Source: Nitrospirota bacterium (GTDB lineage Bacteria; Nitrospirota; UBA9217). Taken from it: DNA of 64,000 nt. The notes beneath the pieces were generated by a model, which saw nothing but the letters and a program-made list of their open reading frames with translations, was not told the origin of the DNA and made no database searches. This document shows positions 52,189 to 61,257 of this stretch, in pieces; the stretch's first letter is position 1; the number at the start of each line of letters is the position of its first letter. The stretch covers positions 128,001-192,000 of the forward strand of contig CAWBNQ010000008.1 of assembly GCA_963790205.1 (NCBI GenBank), in the 5' to 3' direction. Made by a program: the position numbers and the translations under genes.

Positions 52189-53223
52189 TTACGATTGCAT
52201 GTCGACTTCCTCATAGACAAGCTTCGTAACGTCGTGGATGATCTTCGTAAGCGAGTTTGCGTCATCTCCCCGCACCATGATACCGAGAAGAAAAGGACGC
52301 CGGGGATGATAGATAATGCCGAACTCGTGCATCTGCTCGAATTCCTTTTCTTTTCCGTTTTCCACGATTTTGACTGTTCGTTCTCCGAACTTGCTGGCGA
52401 TGTCAATGTTCAAGGGAATGCCTGACGCCATGCCATGCTTCAAGGAGGACTTGGTGAGGTACCTGAGGGCCTTTTCCGACATTTCCTCGTTCAGATAGGA
52501 GGCATTAAAGAGAACACGGTAAAAGGAGGCAAATGCCCTGAGAGATAACGAGTCGTCGTCATTATGAGGGTCGTATTCCACGTTCAGGTCCTTGAACACC
52601 GTGTCTATCCTTGGGTGCGGGATGTTGGCGAACAACAGTGAATAGGCGTCGTTATCATCCTCGGTTATCATCCTGAAGATAAGATCATTTACCGTATACT
52701 GTTTGCCCGGTTCCAATCCTGTTTTTTCGTTGTTTTGTTCCGGGTCGAGGGGGCGTTGTGGAGCGTTATCGGTAAGCCTTTTCCGCAAAACCAGTGGATT
52801 CGATTCAGCCCATTTGAAATAGGCCATCATAAGAGGAAGCTTCAAAAGGCTCTTGGGCGAAAACTTCTCTTTTTCTCCGATACCGAACCAATTCCCGTTG
52901 TTCAGATCGCGAAAATAAACCGATGCCGCCTTTGCTTCATTCCTGTTGATCTTTTCATCTATGAGAGCCTTGATCTTATAGCGAAAAGGCGCAAGCTCCG
53001 TGTTCGGGCGGTGTTCATCATCGTCCTTTAAAGCTATCGCGGTGCGGATGAACTTAAAATTTTCCTCCCTGCCATTGGAAGCTGTCTTCCCCGTTTGGAC
53101 GGGGGTGATCATTACCATAAACCCGCTGCCGATAAAAACGCCGATTGCGAAAGCGGCCAGGACGGCTCTCCAGAAGAAGTTCCTGTTAACCGGGAAAGTG
53201 TTTTCTTGATCTTTTGTGTTCAT
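52189..53223 (-). CDS. Class A beta-lactamase-like serine hydrolase, membrane-anchored, with divergent motifs
   Basis: VYFRDLNNG, SLLK (SxxK), DDN in place of SDN, KFG in place of KTG. Confidence 0.75.
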   Translation of the reverse strand: MNTKDQENTFPVNRNFFWRAVLAAFAIGVFIGSGFMVMITPVQTGKTASNGREENFKFIRTAIALKDDDEHRPNTELAPFRYKIKALIDEKINRNEAKAASVYFRDLNNGNWFGIGEKEKFSPKSLLKLPLMMAYFKWAESNPLVLRKRLTDNAPQRPLDPEQNNEKTGLEPGKQYTVNDLIFRMITEDDNDAYSLLFANIPHPRIDTVFKDLNVEYDPHNDDDSLSLRAFASFYRVLFNASYLNEEMSEKALRYLTKSSLKHGMASGIPLNIDIASKFGERTVKIVENGKEKEFEQMHEFGIIYHPRRPFLLGIMVRGDDANSLTKIIHDVTKLVYEEVDMQS

Positions 53224-53247
53224 AAATTACCCGACACCCGTAAAAAA

Positions 53248-53763
53248 TCAGCGTGATCGCGTTCTCCTGGATCCTGGCTTCACCGGCCTGTTCACTTCCG
53301 GGGAAAGAAGAAGCCGGGGAGGGATGTTTTGTGCACCGAGGATGCCCGCCATTTGATCCAGCCCCTCATTGATATTTACCAGTTTGTTCGTGTTCAGCTT
53401 TTCAAGCCCTGCGACCAGGAGGCCTTGTGCCACTTCCGGCGCTTTCTTGACTAAGGCCCGGCCCTGTCGGGTTAGTTCCACTCTCACCACGCGGCGGTCT
53501 TCTGTCGAACGTATGCGTATGACCAGACCTTGTTTTTCAAGACGGTCCAGAATGCCGACCACCGTGGCAGGGTGAAGGTACATGCGCCGCGCGATCTCCG
53601 AGACCATGATAGGGGCCTCCTGAGCTATGGTCTTGATCGCCCAGAGCTGGGGGCCCGTCAGGCCTGTCGCATGCTCAGCTTTCTTTGATTGTTCATTGAC
53701 GACGTGAAATACCCGGCGCAGGTTGTCGATGATTTCCGCGACCGTATCAGATCTCTTGCTCAA
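53248..53763 (-). CDS. MarR-family transcriptional regulator
   Basis: TTG start with GGAGG RBS; GLTGPQLW, LHPATVVGILDRLE and DRRVV. Confidence 0.92.
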   Translation of the reverse strand: MSKRSDTVAEIIDNLRRVFHVVNEQSKKAEHATGLTGPQLWAIKTIAQEAPIMVSEIARRMYLHPATVVGILDRLEKQGLVIRIRSTEDRRVVRVELTRQGRALVKKAPEVAQGLLVAGLEKLNTNKLVNINEGLDQMAGILGAQNIPPRLLLSPEVNRPVKPGSRRTRSR

Positions 53764-53970
53764 GAAAGGACCTCCTCAAAACGGGCTTGACAAACAGGCG
53801 GCGAAGTGCTAATTAATTGGTATGCAAACTATTTTAGCACATACAATATGGATTGCAAATAAAAAATATTGATCCAGTAAACTAAATGGCGGCTTTCGTG
53901 TCTTATATTATGGAGAGCAGGAAGCAATAAAAATGCTGAACGGCTCCGCAAAGAGAAAGAAGGCCGAAGA

Positions 53971-54237
53971 ATGAAACTGAATGTAAAGGCATTCGCCCTG
54001 ATGTGCGGTATAGTGTGGGGCGTCGGACTGTTCGCTCTTACGTGGTGGATTATGGCTTTTGATGGAGCGACGCACGAAGTTACCCTCATTGGCCGACTAT
54101 ACCGTGGATACAATATAAGTCCTCTCGGCAGTGTTGTCGGGCTCGTTTATGGTTTCTTCGACGCATTGGTCGGCGGTGCGATAATGGCATGGCTTTACAA
54201 CTTCATCGTTGAACGCTCCGGGAACAAAGAACCATAG
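53971..54237 (+). CDS. Small 2-TM membrane protein
   Basis: MKLNVKAFALMCG...YRGY...GFFD...AWLYN. Confidence 0.75.
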   Translation: MKLNVKAFALMCGIVWGVGLFALTWWIMAFDGATHEVTLIGRLYRGYNISPLGSVVGLVYGFFDALVGGAIMAWLYNFIVERSGNKEP

Positions 54238-54473
54238 TTTGCCCAGTTTAGACGCCCTCATAAGGACCCTCTCGTAGCATAGGGTCCTGAGAGTATCCTC
54301 TGAAAAATGACAGTGCGGGAGGTGACATCCATGAAATATGGTTAAAAGGTTAAATTCGGCGTCACTCCGAAATATAAATATAATATATCACGATAGTCAT
54401 GGCCACAAGCAGTATTATCCCTAAAAGAACGAACCATCAATTAATCACAATTAACCAATGGAGGAGCATCGAC

Positions 54474-55010
54474 ATGAATCGCAGAAGCCTACTGTATCTA
54501 TCATTTATCTTACTGGCTGGCATTGTTACCTTGTGGGGCTGTCCGAAAAAGGCGGAAGTGACAACGGCGCCGGAAGCGCAAACGCAGACGGAAAAAGCAA
54601 CATCGCCCGCGACGTCGGCTCCGGCGACAGAAGCTACGACAGTCGAAACGAATGAAAAGGCGGAGTTGACGGCGGAAGGTCTCAAGCCTATTTATTTCGA
54701 TTTTGATAAATCCTTTATTCGCGCAGACGCGATGGATTTGATGAAGGCGAACGCCGAATGGTTGAAAATCCATCCGAAGGCGAAAATAAAGATCGAAGGG
54801 AATTGCGACGAACGGGGGACGAAAGAGTACAACCAGGCGCTCGGTCAGCGGCGTGCAGCGAGCGCAAAAAAATATCTGGCCGATATGGGGGTCTCGGGAC
54901 GCCGGATTTCTCTCATCAGCTATGGCAAGGAAAAACCGATTTGCAGCGAACACGAGGAATCCTGCTGGCAGAAGAACCGGCGCGATGATTTCGTTGTTGT
55001 GGGAGAATAG
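54474..55010 (+). CDS. pal: Peptidoglycan-associated lipoprotein (OmpA-like)
   Basis: Lipobox LWGC; IYFDFDKS, EGNCDERGT.EYN.ALGQRRA, SYGKEKP and NRR motifs. Confidence 0.92.
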   Translation: MNRRSLLYLSFILLAGIVTLWGCPKKAEVTTAPEAQTQTEKATSPATSAPATEATTVETNEKAELTAEGLKPIYFDFDKSFIRADAMDLMKANAEWLKIHPKAKIKIEGNCDERGTKEYNQALGQRRAASAKKYLADMGVSGRRISLISYGKEKPICSEHEESCWQKNRRDDFVVVGE

Positions 55011-55254
55011 GCGAGCTTGGGCGGAACTCCCGATTCGACAGATAGATCAAAAGAGGTGAGGCAGAGACCGCCTCGTTCGAAAAAACGCGTCGAAAATCAT
55101 CGGAACGGAGAATCGGAGGAGTTGCATGTATCTTCCCGGCTGTTTCTGATGCAATATGTGTTTTATTTTGACGGGCGCCGGAGGTTATGTCTTTTCGGCG
55201 CCCTTTTTTTCGCTCTTGTTAAGCGATAACAACCAAGTAAGGACGGCCCACTGC

Positions 55255-57030
55255 GTGTTTAACTATATCAAGGTGAAATCTCTGCAGGTCTACCGCATGG
55301 CGGCAGGCCTGCGCACGGACGAGGGGACGTTCCTGATCGTATCCTCGGCGATCGTCGGTGTTCTCGGGGCCGCTGCCAATATCCTGTTTCGGTCATCCCT
55401 GCAGTTCGTCCATGATGTCGTTTTCGTGCACGGCTCGGAGCTGCTCGGCATCGCGGGGGGCGGATGGCGCCGCATGCTGCTCCCGTTGCTGCCGATGGCG
55501 GGCGCGCTCCTGCTGATACCGCTTTCAGTCCTTTTCCCGGGAGAGGTAAACGGATACGGCTTCGCCAAGTTCCTCGAAACGGTGAACATCAAGGGCGGTT
55601 TTTTGAAATTCAGGAACATCATTCTCAAGACCATCGCGCCGGCCCTGACGATCGGGTCCGGCGGCTCGGCGGGCGTCGAAGGTCCGATCGCCATTATCGG
55701 CGGCACCGTGGGTTCCACGGTTGGTCGCTTCTTCAAAACGTCGGGGAACCGCACGAAGCTCCTGATCGCGGCAGGTTCGGCGGCCGCAATTGCGGCCACG
55801 TTCAATGCCCCGATCGCGGGCGTCATGTTTGCAACCGAGATCGTGCTGCTGGGAGATTACGAGATCGCGTCGTTCGCCGCCATTGTTATCGCGTCGGGGA
55901 TCGCCACGGTCGTTTCCCGCGCTTACTACGGGGCCACCCCGGCCTTCATCGTGCCGCAGTACGACCTGGTGAGCATCTTCGAACTTCCCCTTTACCTGGT
56001 CCTGGGGCTGATCATCGGTTTTACGTCCGTTTTCTACATCCGCACCTTCTATCGCCTGAAAGACGAGTTCGAAGCCTTAAAAATACATCCCCAGTTGAGG
56101 CCCGTCCTAGGCGCCTTTCTGGTGGGATGTCTCGGCATCTTCCTGCCTCAGATCATGGGCAACGGCTACGAATTCATCGAAAAAGCGCTGCACGAAAACA
56201 TGCTGTTCCCGGTCCTCATCCTGCTCGTTTTTTTCAAGGTCCTGGCCACCTCGATCACGCTCGGGTCCGGCGGGGCAGGGGGCGTTTTCGCGCCGGCGCT
56301 CTTCATCGGGGCAATGACCGGAGGCAGTTTCGGGTACGTGGTGCATGCGCTGTTTCCTCATTCGACGGCGACTCCCGGCGCCTATGCGACCGTCGGCATC
56401 GGAGCGTTCCTTGCCGCCGCCACCCACGCGCCGCTGACCGGTATTTTCCTCCTGTTCGAAATGACGGGGAACTACAAGATCATCGTGCCCCTCATGTTCA
56501 GCGCCATCATCGGGACCCTGATCGCAAAACGGCTGTACCATGACTCCATCGACACCGCCGAGCTCACCCGGAAGGGTATCGCGCTCCACGCCGGGAAAGA
56601 GAAATCCATCATGGGCCGCATCAAGGTCGCTGACGTCATGGTTCCCAAGGTCGTGACGGTCGCCCCTGAGACGCCCCTTCACCGGCTGATCGAAATCATG
56701 GTCGAAGAGGAACGGTTCTATATTCCCGTCGTCGATTCCGCCGGCGAGATGGCGGGAATCGTGTCCATCCACGACGTACGGCCGGTCCTTCTCGAAGAGC
56801 GAGTGACGCATATCGTGAACGCGGGAGACATCGCAACGACAGACGTAATCGTGCTCGCGCCCGAGGACGATCTCAACACGGCCATGGAGAAGTTGTCCGT
56901 GAAGGACATTGAGGAAATCCCCGTAGTGGACCGGAGAGGGTCGAAAAGAATCGTCGGCATGGTGAAGCGCAGAGACGTAATCGACGTCTATAATCGGGAA
57001 GTCCTGAAAAGAGAGAGCGGACTGAAGTAG
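55255..57030 (+). CDS. Second CLC-family transporter with CBS domains (start uncertain)
   Basis: GYGFAK, GVEGP, FNAPIAG and GVFAP motifs; CBS pair. Confidence 0.9.
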   Translation: MFNYIKVKSLQVYRMAAGLRTDEGTFLIVSSAIVGVLGAAANILFRSSLQFVHDVVFVHGSELLGIAGGGWRRMLLPLLPMAGALLLIPLSVLFPGEVNGYGFAKFLETVNIKGGFLKFRNIILKTIAPALTIGSGGSAGVEGPIAIIGGTVGSTVGRFFKTSGNRTKLLIAAGSAAAIAATFNAPIAGVMFATEIVLLGDYEIASFAAIVIASGIATVVSRAYYGATPAFIVPQYDLVSIFELPLYLVLGLIIGFTSVFYIRTFYRLKDEFEALKIHPQLRPVLGAFLVGCLGIFLPQIMGNGYEFIEKALHENMLFPVLILLVFFKVLATSITLGSGGAGGVFAPALFIGAMTGGSFGYVVHALFPHSTATPGAYATVGIGAFLAAATHAPLTGIFLLFEMTGNYKIIVPLMFSAIIGTLIAKRLYHDSIDTAELTRKGIALHAGKEKSIMGRIKVADVMVPKVVTVAPETPLHRLIEIMVEEERFYIPVVDSAGEMAGIVSIHDVRPVLLEERVTHIVNAGDIATTDVIVLAPEDDLNTAMEKLSVKDIEEIPVVDRRGSKRIVGMVKRRDVIDVYNREVLKRESGLK

Positions 57031-57242
57031 CCGGCTGACGTGCTTCGTTTCGGACTTCTCTTGATAGTATACCGGGAACAAAAGGAGGCCGCCGGCCGCT
57101 GTGCGGGCCAACCCTCCCGGAGCGTAAAGCTGATACTTTTGATCATTATTTCCCGCTTTTATATCCTCTATGGTCAAAATATTCAAACGCACTTGTTGAA
57201 TAGGATTATTTTACGCGTTCGTTACCGCGTGCTCCTTTTTAC

Positions 57243-57266
57243 ACAGGCTTGACAAAGCCTGTATTT
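57243..57266 (+). terminator. Rho-independent terminator-like hairpin
   Basis: ACAGGCTT-GAC-AAAGCCTGT-ATTTT. Confidence 0.6.
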
Positions 57267-57324
57267 TCCCTTGACATTGCCCACCCATTTGTTGTAAATT
57301 CTTTTCGTTTTGCGTTTTTCTGGA

Positions 57325-57445
57325 GCACGACCTCATCGCCCGAAAGTCGGAAAGGTCGTCGGACTTTGAAAATTAAGATTGCTTCTTAATCGCGTGCATG
57401 GTTCGGGCGTGCGGTTGGCGAGTTAAGATCATTCCGGTCTTTTAA
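57325..57445 (+). ncRNA. Candidate structured cis-regulatory leader RNA of the Ehr operon
   Basis: Three nested stems plus a loop-to-5' pairing (see findings); lies downstream of TTGACA at 57271. Confidence 0.35.
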
Positions 57446-57450
57446 TAAAC

Positions 57451-59442
57451 ATGGATGTAGCGAGTATGTTTTCTATAGGCAGTATCTGTTTTATTTTCGG
57501 CGCAGCCGTTTCACAGCTTCCGCTCTCGAAAGTACGAAACTTCAGCTATCTCTTCCCCTTGATCGGCGCGCTCCTCTTCCTCGCCGCAGGCGTGGGCCTT
57601 CTCGTTCCCCCTTTTTTTACCGGCGCGGCCGTTCCCGTATCATCCTTCTTCAGCTTCGCCTTCTCGGGCGACGCGCTCTCGGGTTTTTTTGTCGTCCTTA
57701 TATCGCTTATCACCATTGCCGTTTCGCTCTACTCCATCGGTTTTACCCGGGGGATCAAAAACGCCGGCTCCATGGGGTTCTTCTATAACTTCCTTATCCT
57801 GAGCATGTACGGCGTGGTCCTTTCCGCGAACATCTTCACCTTCCTCGTGTCCTGGGAGACCATGGCCGTGGCCTCATACTTCCTCGTGGTCCATGAGCGG
57901 AACGAGGAGACGGCAAAAGCGGGCCTCTTTACCGTGGCGATGACCCACATCGGAACGGCCTTCATCATCGGCCTCTTCCTGGTGCTCTCGCACTACACGG
58001 GCAGCATGGATTTCGTATCCATGCGGCTGGCCGCCGCGAATCTGCCGCAAGGCGTCAGGTCCCTGGTCTTCATTTTCGCCGTCATCGGCTTCGGCACCAA
58101 GGCGGGCATCATCCCGCTCCACACCTGGATACCCCGGGCCTATCCTGTTGCGCCTTCGAACATTACGCCCCTCATGTCGGCCGTCATGATCAAGATCGCG
58201 GTGTACGGCTTCCTGCGGATCGCCCTGGACGTACTGGGTCCGGGGCCCGAGTGGTGGGGAATAGCGGTCATCGCGATCGGGGCCGTCTCGGCGGTCCTGG
58301 GCATCCTCTATGCGATCATGGAGAACGACCTCAAGGTCTTTCTCGCCTATTCGAGCGTGGAGAACGTCGGGATCATGCTTCTTGGCATCGGCGCGTCCAT
58401 GGTGTTCCGGAGCAGCGGGCTGCTCGTCCTCTCCGGCTTCGCCCTTGCGGCGGCGCTCTACCATGCCATGAACCACGCCCTCTTCAAAGGCCTTCTGTTC
58501 ATGGGGGCGGGCTCGGTCGTCAGCGCCACGCGGACAAGAAACATGGAGAAACTGGGCGGGCTCCTTAAACTCATGCCCTACACCGGCTTCTTTTTTCTCC
58601 TGGGGGCCCTTGCCATCACAGCCCTTCCGCCCCTGAACGGATTTGTGAGCGAATGGCTCACGTATCAGTCTCTTCTTCTCGGTTTCAAGTCCACCTCCGT
58701 TGTTGCGAAGATAGTCTTGCCGCTGGGCGGAGCGGCCCTGGCGCTCACCGGTGCGATCGTTGCCGCGGGCTTCGTCAAGACCTTCGGCACAACTTTCCTC
58801 GGGAAGGCGCGGAGCGAACACGCAACTTCGGTCAACGAGTCCCCGTCCTGGATGGTCCTTGGCATGGCGCTCCTCGCGCTTCTCTGTATCGTCTTCGGCG
58901 TCTTCCCGCAGGTCCCTATCGCGCTCCTCGGACCGGCTGTCTTTACCATCACGGGATCAAGCCTTGAGCTGCACCAGAACGGTATCCTGATGACGCCCGG
59001 GACCGCCGGATCACTTTCGACCACTGCGCTCGCCGCGGTCATGGCGCTGATATTCGTCGCTGCGGTCGTTTTCGTGAGGCTCTCTGGCGGCAGGAGAAAA
59101 ACTGTGTATGCCGACTCCTGGGACTGCGGCATACCGGGGCTTTCGCCCCGCATGCAGTATACGGCCACGGCGTTTACCAAGCCGCTTCGCATCATCTATA
59201 AAAGGATCTATCTCCCCAGCAGGGACCTCAAGGTATCGTATCTGATCAAACCGTTCTTCGTGAAATCCATTCGCTATGGCGGCGAGATCACGCCGTTTTT
59301 CGAGCGGTACGTGTACGAGCCGGTCACGAGCTCCGTTCAGACGCTTGCGGGAAAGGTGAAGCTGCTCCAGTCCGGGAGCCTGCAGCTCTATTTGGGGTAT
59401 ATACTGATAACGCTGATAGTGCTTTTGATCTTTGGAACATAA
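57451..59442 (+). CDS. hyfB: Ehr/hydrogenase-4 antiporter-like subunit (HyfB-like)
   Basis: WETM, GFGTKAGIIPLHTWIP, AYSSVEN, NHALFK and LPPLNGFVSEW motifs. Confidence 0.85.
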   Translation: MDVASMFSIGSICFIFGAAVSQLPLSKVRNFSYLFPLIGALLFLAAGVGLLVPPFFTGAAVPVSSFFSFAFSGDALSGFFVVLISLITIAVSLYSIGFTRGIKNAGSMGFFYNFLILSMYGVVLSANIFTFLVSWETMAVASYFLVVHERNEETAKAGLFTVAMTHIGTAFIIGLFLVLSHYTGSMDFVSMRLAAANLPQGVRSLVFIFAVIGFGTKAGIIPLHTWIPRAYPVAPSNITPLMSAVMIKIAVYGFLRIALDVLGPGPEWWGIAVIAIGAVSAVLGILYAIMENDLKVFLAYSSVENVGIMLLGIGASMVFRSSGLLVLSGFALAAALYHAMNHALFKGLLFMGAGSVVSATRTRNMEKLGGLLKLMPYTGFFFLLGALAITALPPLNGFVSEWLTYQSLLLGFKSTSVVAKIVLPLGGAALALTGAIVAAGFVKTFGTTFLGKARSEHATSVNESPSWMVLGMALLALLCIVFGVFPQVPIALLGPAVFTITGSSLELHQNGILMTPGTAGSLSTTALAAVMALIFVAAVVFVRLSGGRRKTVYADSWDCGIPGLSPRMQYTATAFTKPLRIIYKRIYLPSRDLKVSYLIKPFFVKSIRYGGEITPFFERYVYEPVTSSVQTLAGKVKLLQSGSLQLYLGYILITLIVLLIFGT

Positions 59443-59452
59443 GGGGAATGTA

Positions 59453-59590
59453 TATATATCAATATCTAACTCCGACATCCTAAGTAATATCAAATTATCA
59501 ATAGACCGATGTTTTAAATCGTTTTGGATTTTGGATTTCACTCCTTGCTCTTTAGGGATTTAGAGTTTCGATATTAAAATTTAGGATTTG
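59453..59590. repeat. AT-rich periodic inverted element between the hyfB- and hyfC-like genes
   Basis: ATATCAATATCTAACTCCGACATCCTAA ... TTGGATTTTGGATT ... TTAGGGATTTAGAGTTTCGATATTAAAATTTAGGATTT. Confidence 0.55.
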
Positions 59591-59599
59591 ATTTTCTTC

Positions 59600-60517
59600 A
59601 TGGATAAATTTCAGTTTCTCATAATCGTCCTCTTCTCGCCCCTGGTGAACGGGGTGATCAAGAAGCTCAAGGCGAACATGCAGGGCCGCAAGGGCCCCAG
59701 CGTGCTGCAGGCCTACTACGACCTCATGCGTCTTTTCAAGAAGGACATGGTGGTCTCCAACGTCACGTCGTGGGTATTCAAGGTCACGCCCTATATCGTA
59801 TTTATCGCGACCATTACCGCTGCCGTGATCGTTCCCGTGACTACCGCGAGGTCTGCTTACGGCATGATGGGCGATGTGATCGCCCTTATTTATATTTTCG
59901 CCCTGGCCCGCTTCTTCATGGCCCTTGCCGGGCTTGACGCCGGCACGGCCTTCGGAGGCGAGGGGAGCAGCAGGGAAATGACCGTTGCGATCCTTGTCGA
60001 GCCCATGATGATGCTCGCGCTCTTTACCGCCGCCATAGCCGCGGGATCAACGAATATTGCGAGCATCGCCGGAGCGCGGGGGGCCGGCTTCTCTCCATCG
60101 CATCTGCTCGCTCTTGCTGCATTCATGGTGGCCATCATCGCGGAGACGGGGAGGGTGCCGGTGGACAACCCGGACACGCATCTCGAGCTCACCATGATCC
60201 ACGAAGGCATGGTCCTGGAATATTCGGGCCGGTACCTGGCGCTCATGGAATGGGCGCATTATATCAAGCAGATGGTCCTCTTCACCCTGGCGGTCGACAT
60301 ATTTTTCCCTTTTGGGATCGCCCGTGACTCCGGCACCTCGGGACTTGCTCTATCGCTTGGAGCTTATGTTGCCAAGATGTTCGGCATGGCCTTCCTGATG
60401 GCCTTGGTGGAGTCCACACGCGCTAAGGTCAGGTTCTTCCAGCTTCCGTCGATCCTCGGCGGGGCCTTTGTGCTCGCGTCCTTGTCGTTGGTCACGTACA
60501 TCATGATGGGGAAGTAA
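59600..60517 (+). CDS. hyfC: Ehr/hydrogenase-4 NuoH-like subunit (HyfC-like)
   Basis: QGRKGP, GSSRE and ETGRVPVDNP.THLELTMIHE.MVLEYSG motifs. Confidence 0.88.
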   Translation: MDKFQFLIIVLFSPLVNGVIKKLKANMQGRKGPSVLQAYYDLMRLFKKDMVVSNVTSWVFKVTPYIVFIATITAAVIVPVTTARSAYGMMGDVIALIYIFALARFFMALAGLDAGTAFGGEGSSREMTVAILVEPMMMLALFTAAIAAGSTNIASIAGARGAGFSPSHLLALAAFMVAIIAETGRVPVDNPDTHLELTMIHEGMVLEYSGRYLALMEWAHYIKQMVLFTLAVDIFFPFGIARDSGTSGLALSLGAYVAKMFGMAFLMALVESTRAKVRFFQLPSILGGAFVLASLSLVTYIMMGK

Positions 60518-60552
60518 ACGACTGCTTCGCATGTCGAAAGGAGCGCAGCGAC

Positions 60553-61212
60553 ATGAAATCCTGGATTGAGGCTTTTTCGATCATTGACTTCATTTCCGTC
60601 GGCATTCTTCTGACGGCCGTGACTTTGAACGCCTTCAAGAGCATCGAGTCTTACGTGACGGCGTATACGATCAATTCCTGGCTCCTGTCGAGTCTGATCG
60701 CCGTGGTGGCGGTACTCGTGGGCGAGACGCACCTCTACGTCGCCGCGCTGCTCACGCTTGCGACCAAAGGGATCCTTATCCCGCTTTTCCTGCGGCGGAT
60801 CGTGCGTCAGATGCGGGTGACCCATGAGGTGCAGCCCTACATAAGCAATTCGCTGTCGCTGGCCATATCGGGAATTCTCGTGGCCGTGGTGTACGCGTCG
60901 CTCAAAGAAGGGATCTTTGTTACGGGTTTTTCCCGGAACGTGCTCCAGATTTCCATCGCCGTGATCCTCATCAGTCTTTTCATCATGATCACGAGAAAAA
61001 AAGCGCTGACGCTGGTGGTGGGGCTTTTGTTCATGGAGAACGGGCTTTTTCTGGCAGGGTTTTCGCTGACCTTCGGCATGCCGACGATCATCGAACTAGG
61101 CGTGCTGTTCGACATGCTCATGGGCGTCATCATCCTGGGGATCTTCGCCGTCCAGATCAAGCGGGCCTTTGCCTCGGCCGACCTGGACAAGCTGACGGTG
61201 TTGAAAGGCTAG
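60553..61212 (+). CDS. hyfE: Hydrogenase-4 component E-like subunit
   Basis: Multi-TM protein with MENG and GMPTIIELGVLFD. Confidence 0.85.
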   Translation: MKSWIEAFSIIDFISVGILLTAVTLNAFKSIESYVTAYTINSWLLSSLIAVVAVLVGETHLYVAALLTLATKGILIPLFLRRIVRQMRVTHEVQPYISNSLSLAISGILVAVVYASLKEGIFVTGFSRNVLQISIAVILISLFIMITRKKALTLVVGLLFMENGLFLAGFSLTFGMPTIIELGVLFDMLMGVIILGIFAVQIKRAFASADLDKLTVLKG

Positions 61213-61241
61213 TTTGGAGTTCGGAGTTCATAGTTCGGAGT
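61211..61241 (+). repeat. Short tandem heptamer run (AGTTCGG-like x4)
   Basis: AGTTTGG AGTTCGG AGTTCAT AGTTCGG AGT between hyfE and hyfF. Confidence 0.6.
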
Positions 61242-61257
61242 AGAGGAAAAGAATCAA

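Noticed and set aside
53971..54237. Phage holin or prophage
   Set aside because: Small TM protein with no endolysin or any other phage gene nearby.
57323..57332. ZTP (pfl) riboswitch suggested by GGAGCACGAC
   Set aside because: The required upstream GACTGGCG/GTGG elements and the 3' GCCTGGGC hairpin are absent.
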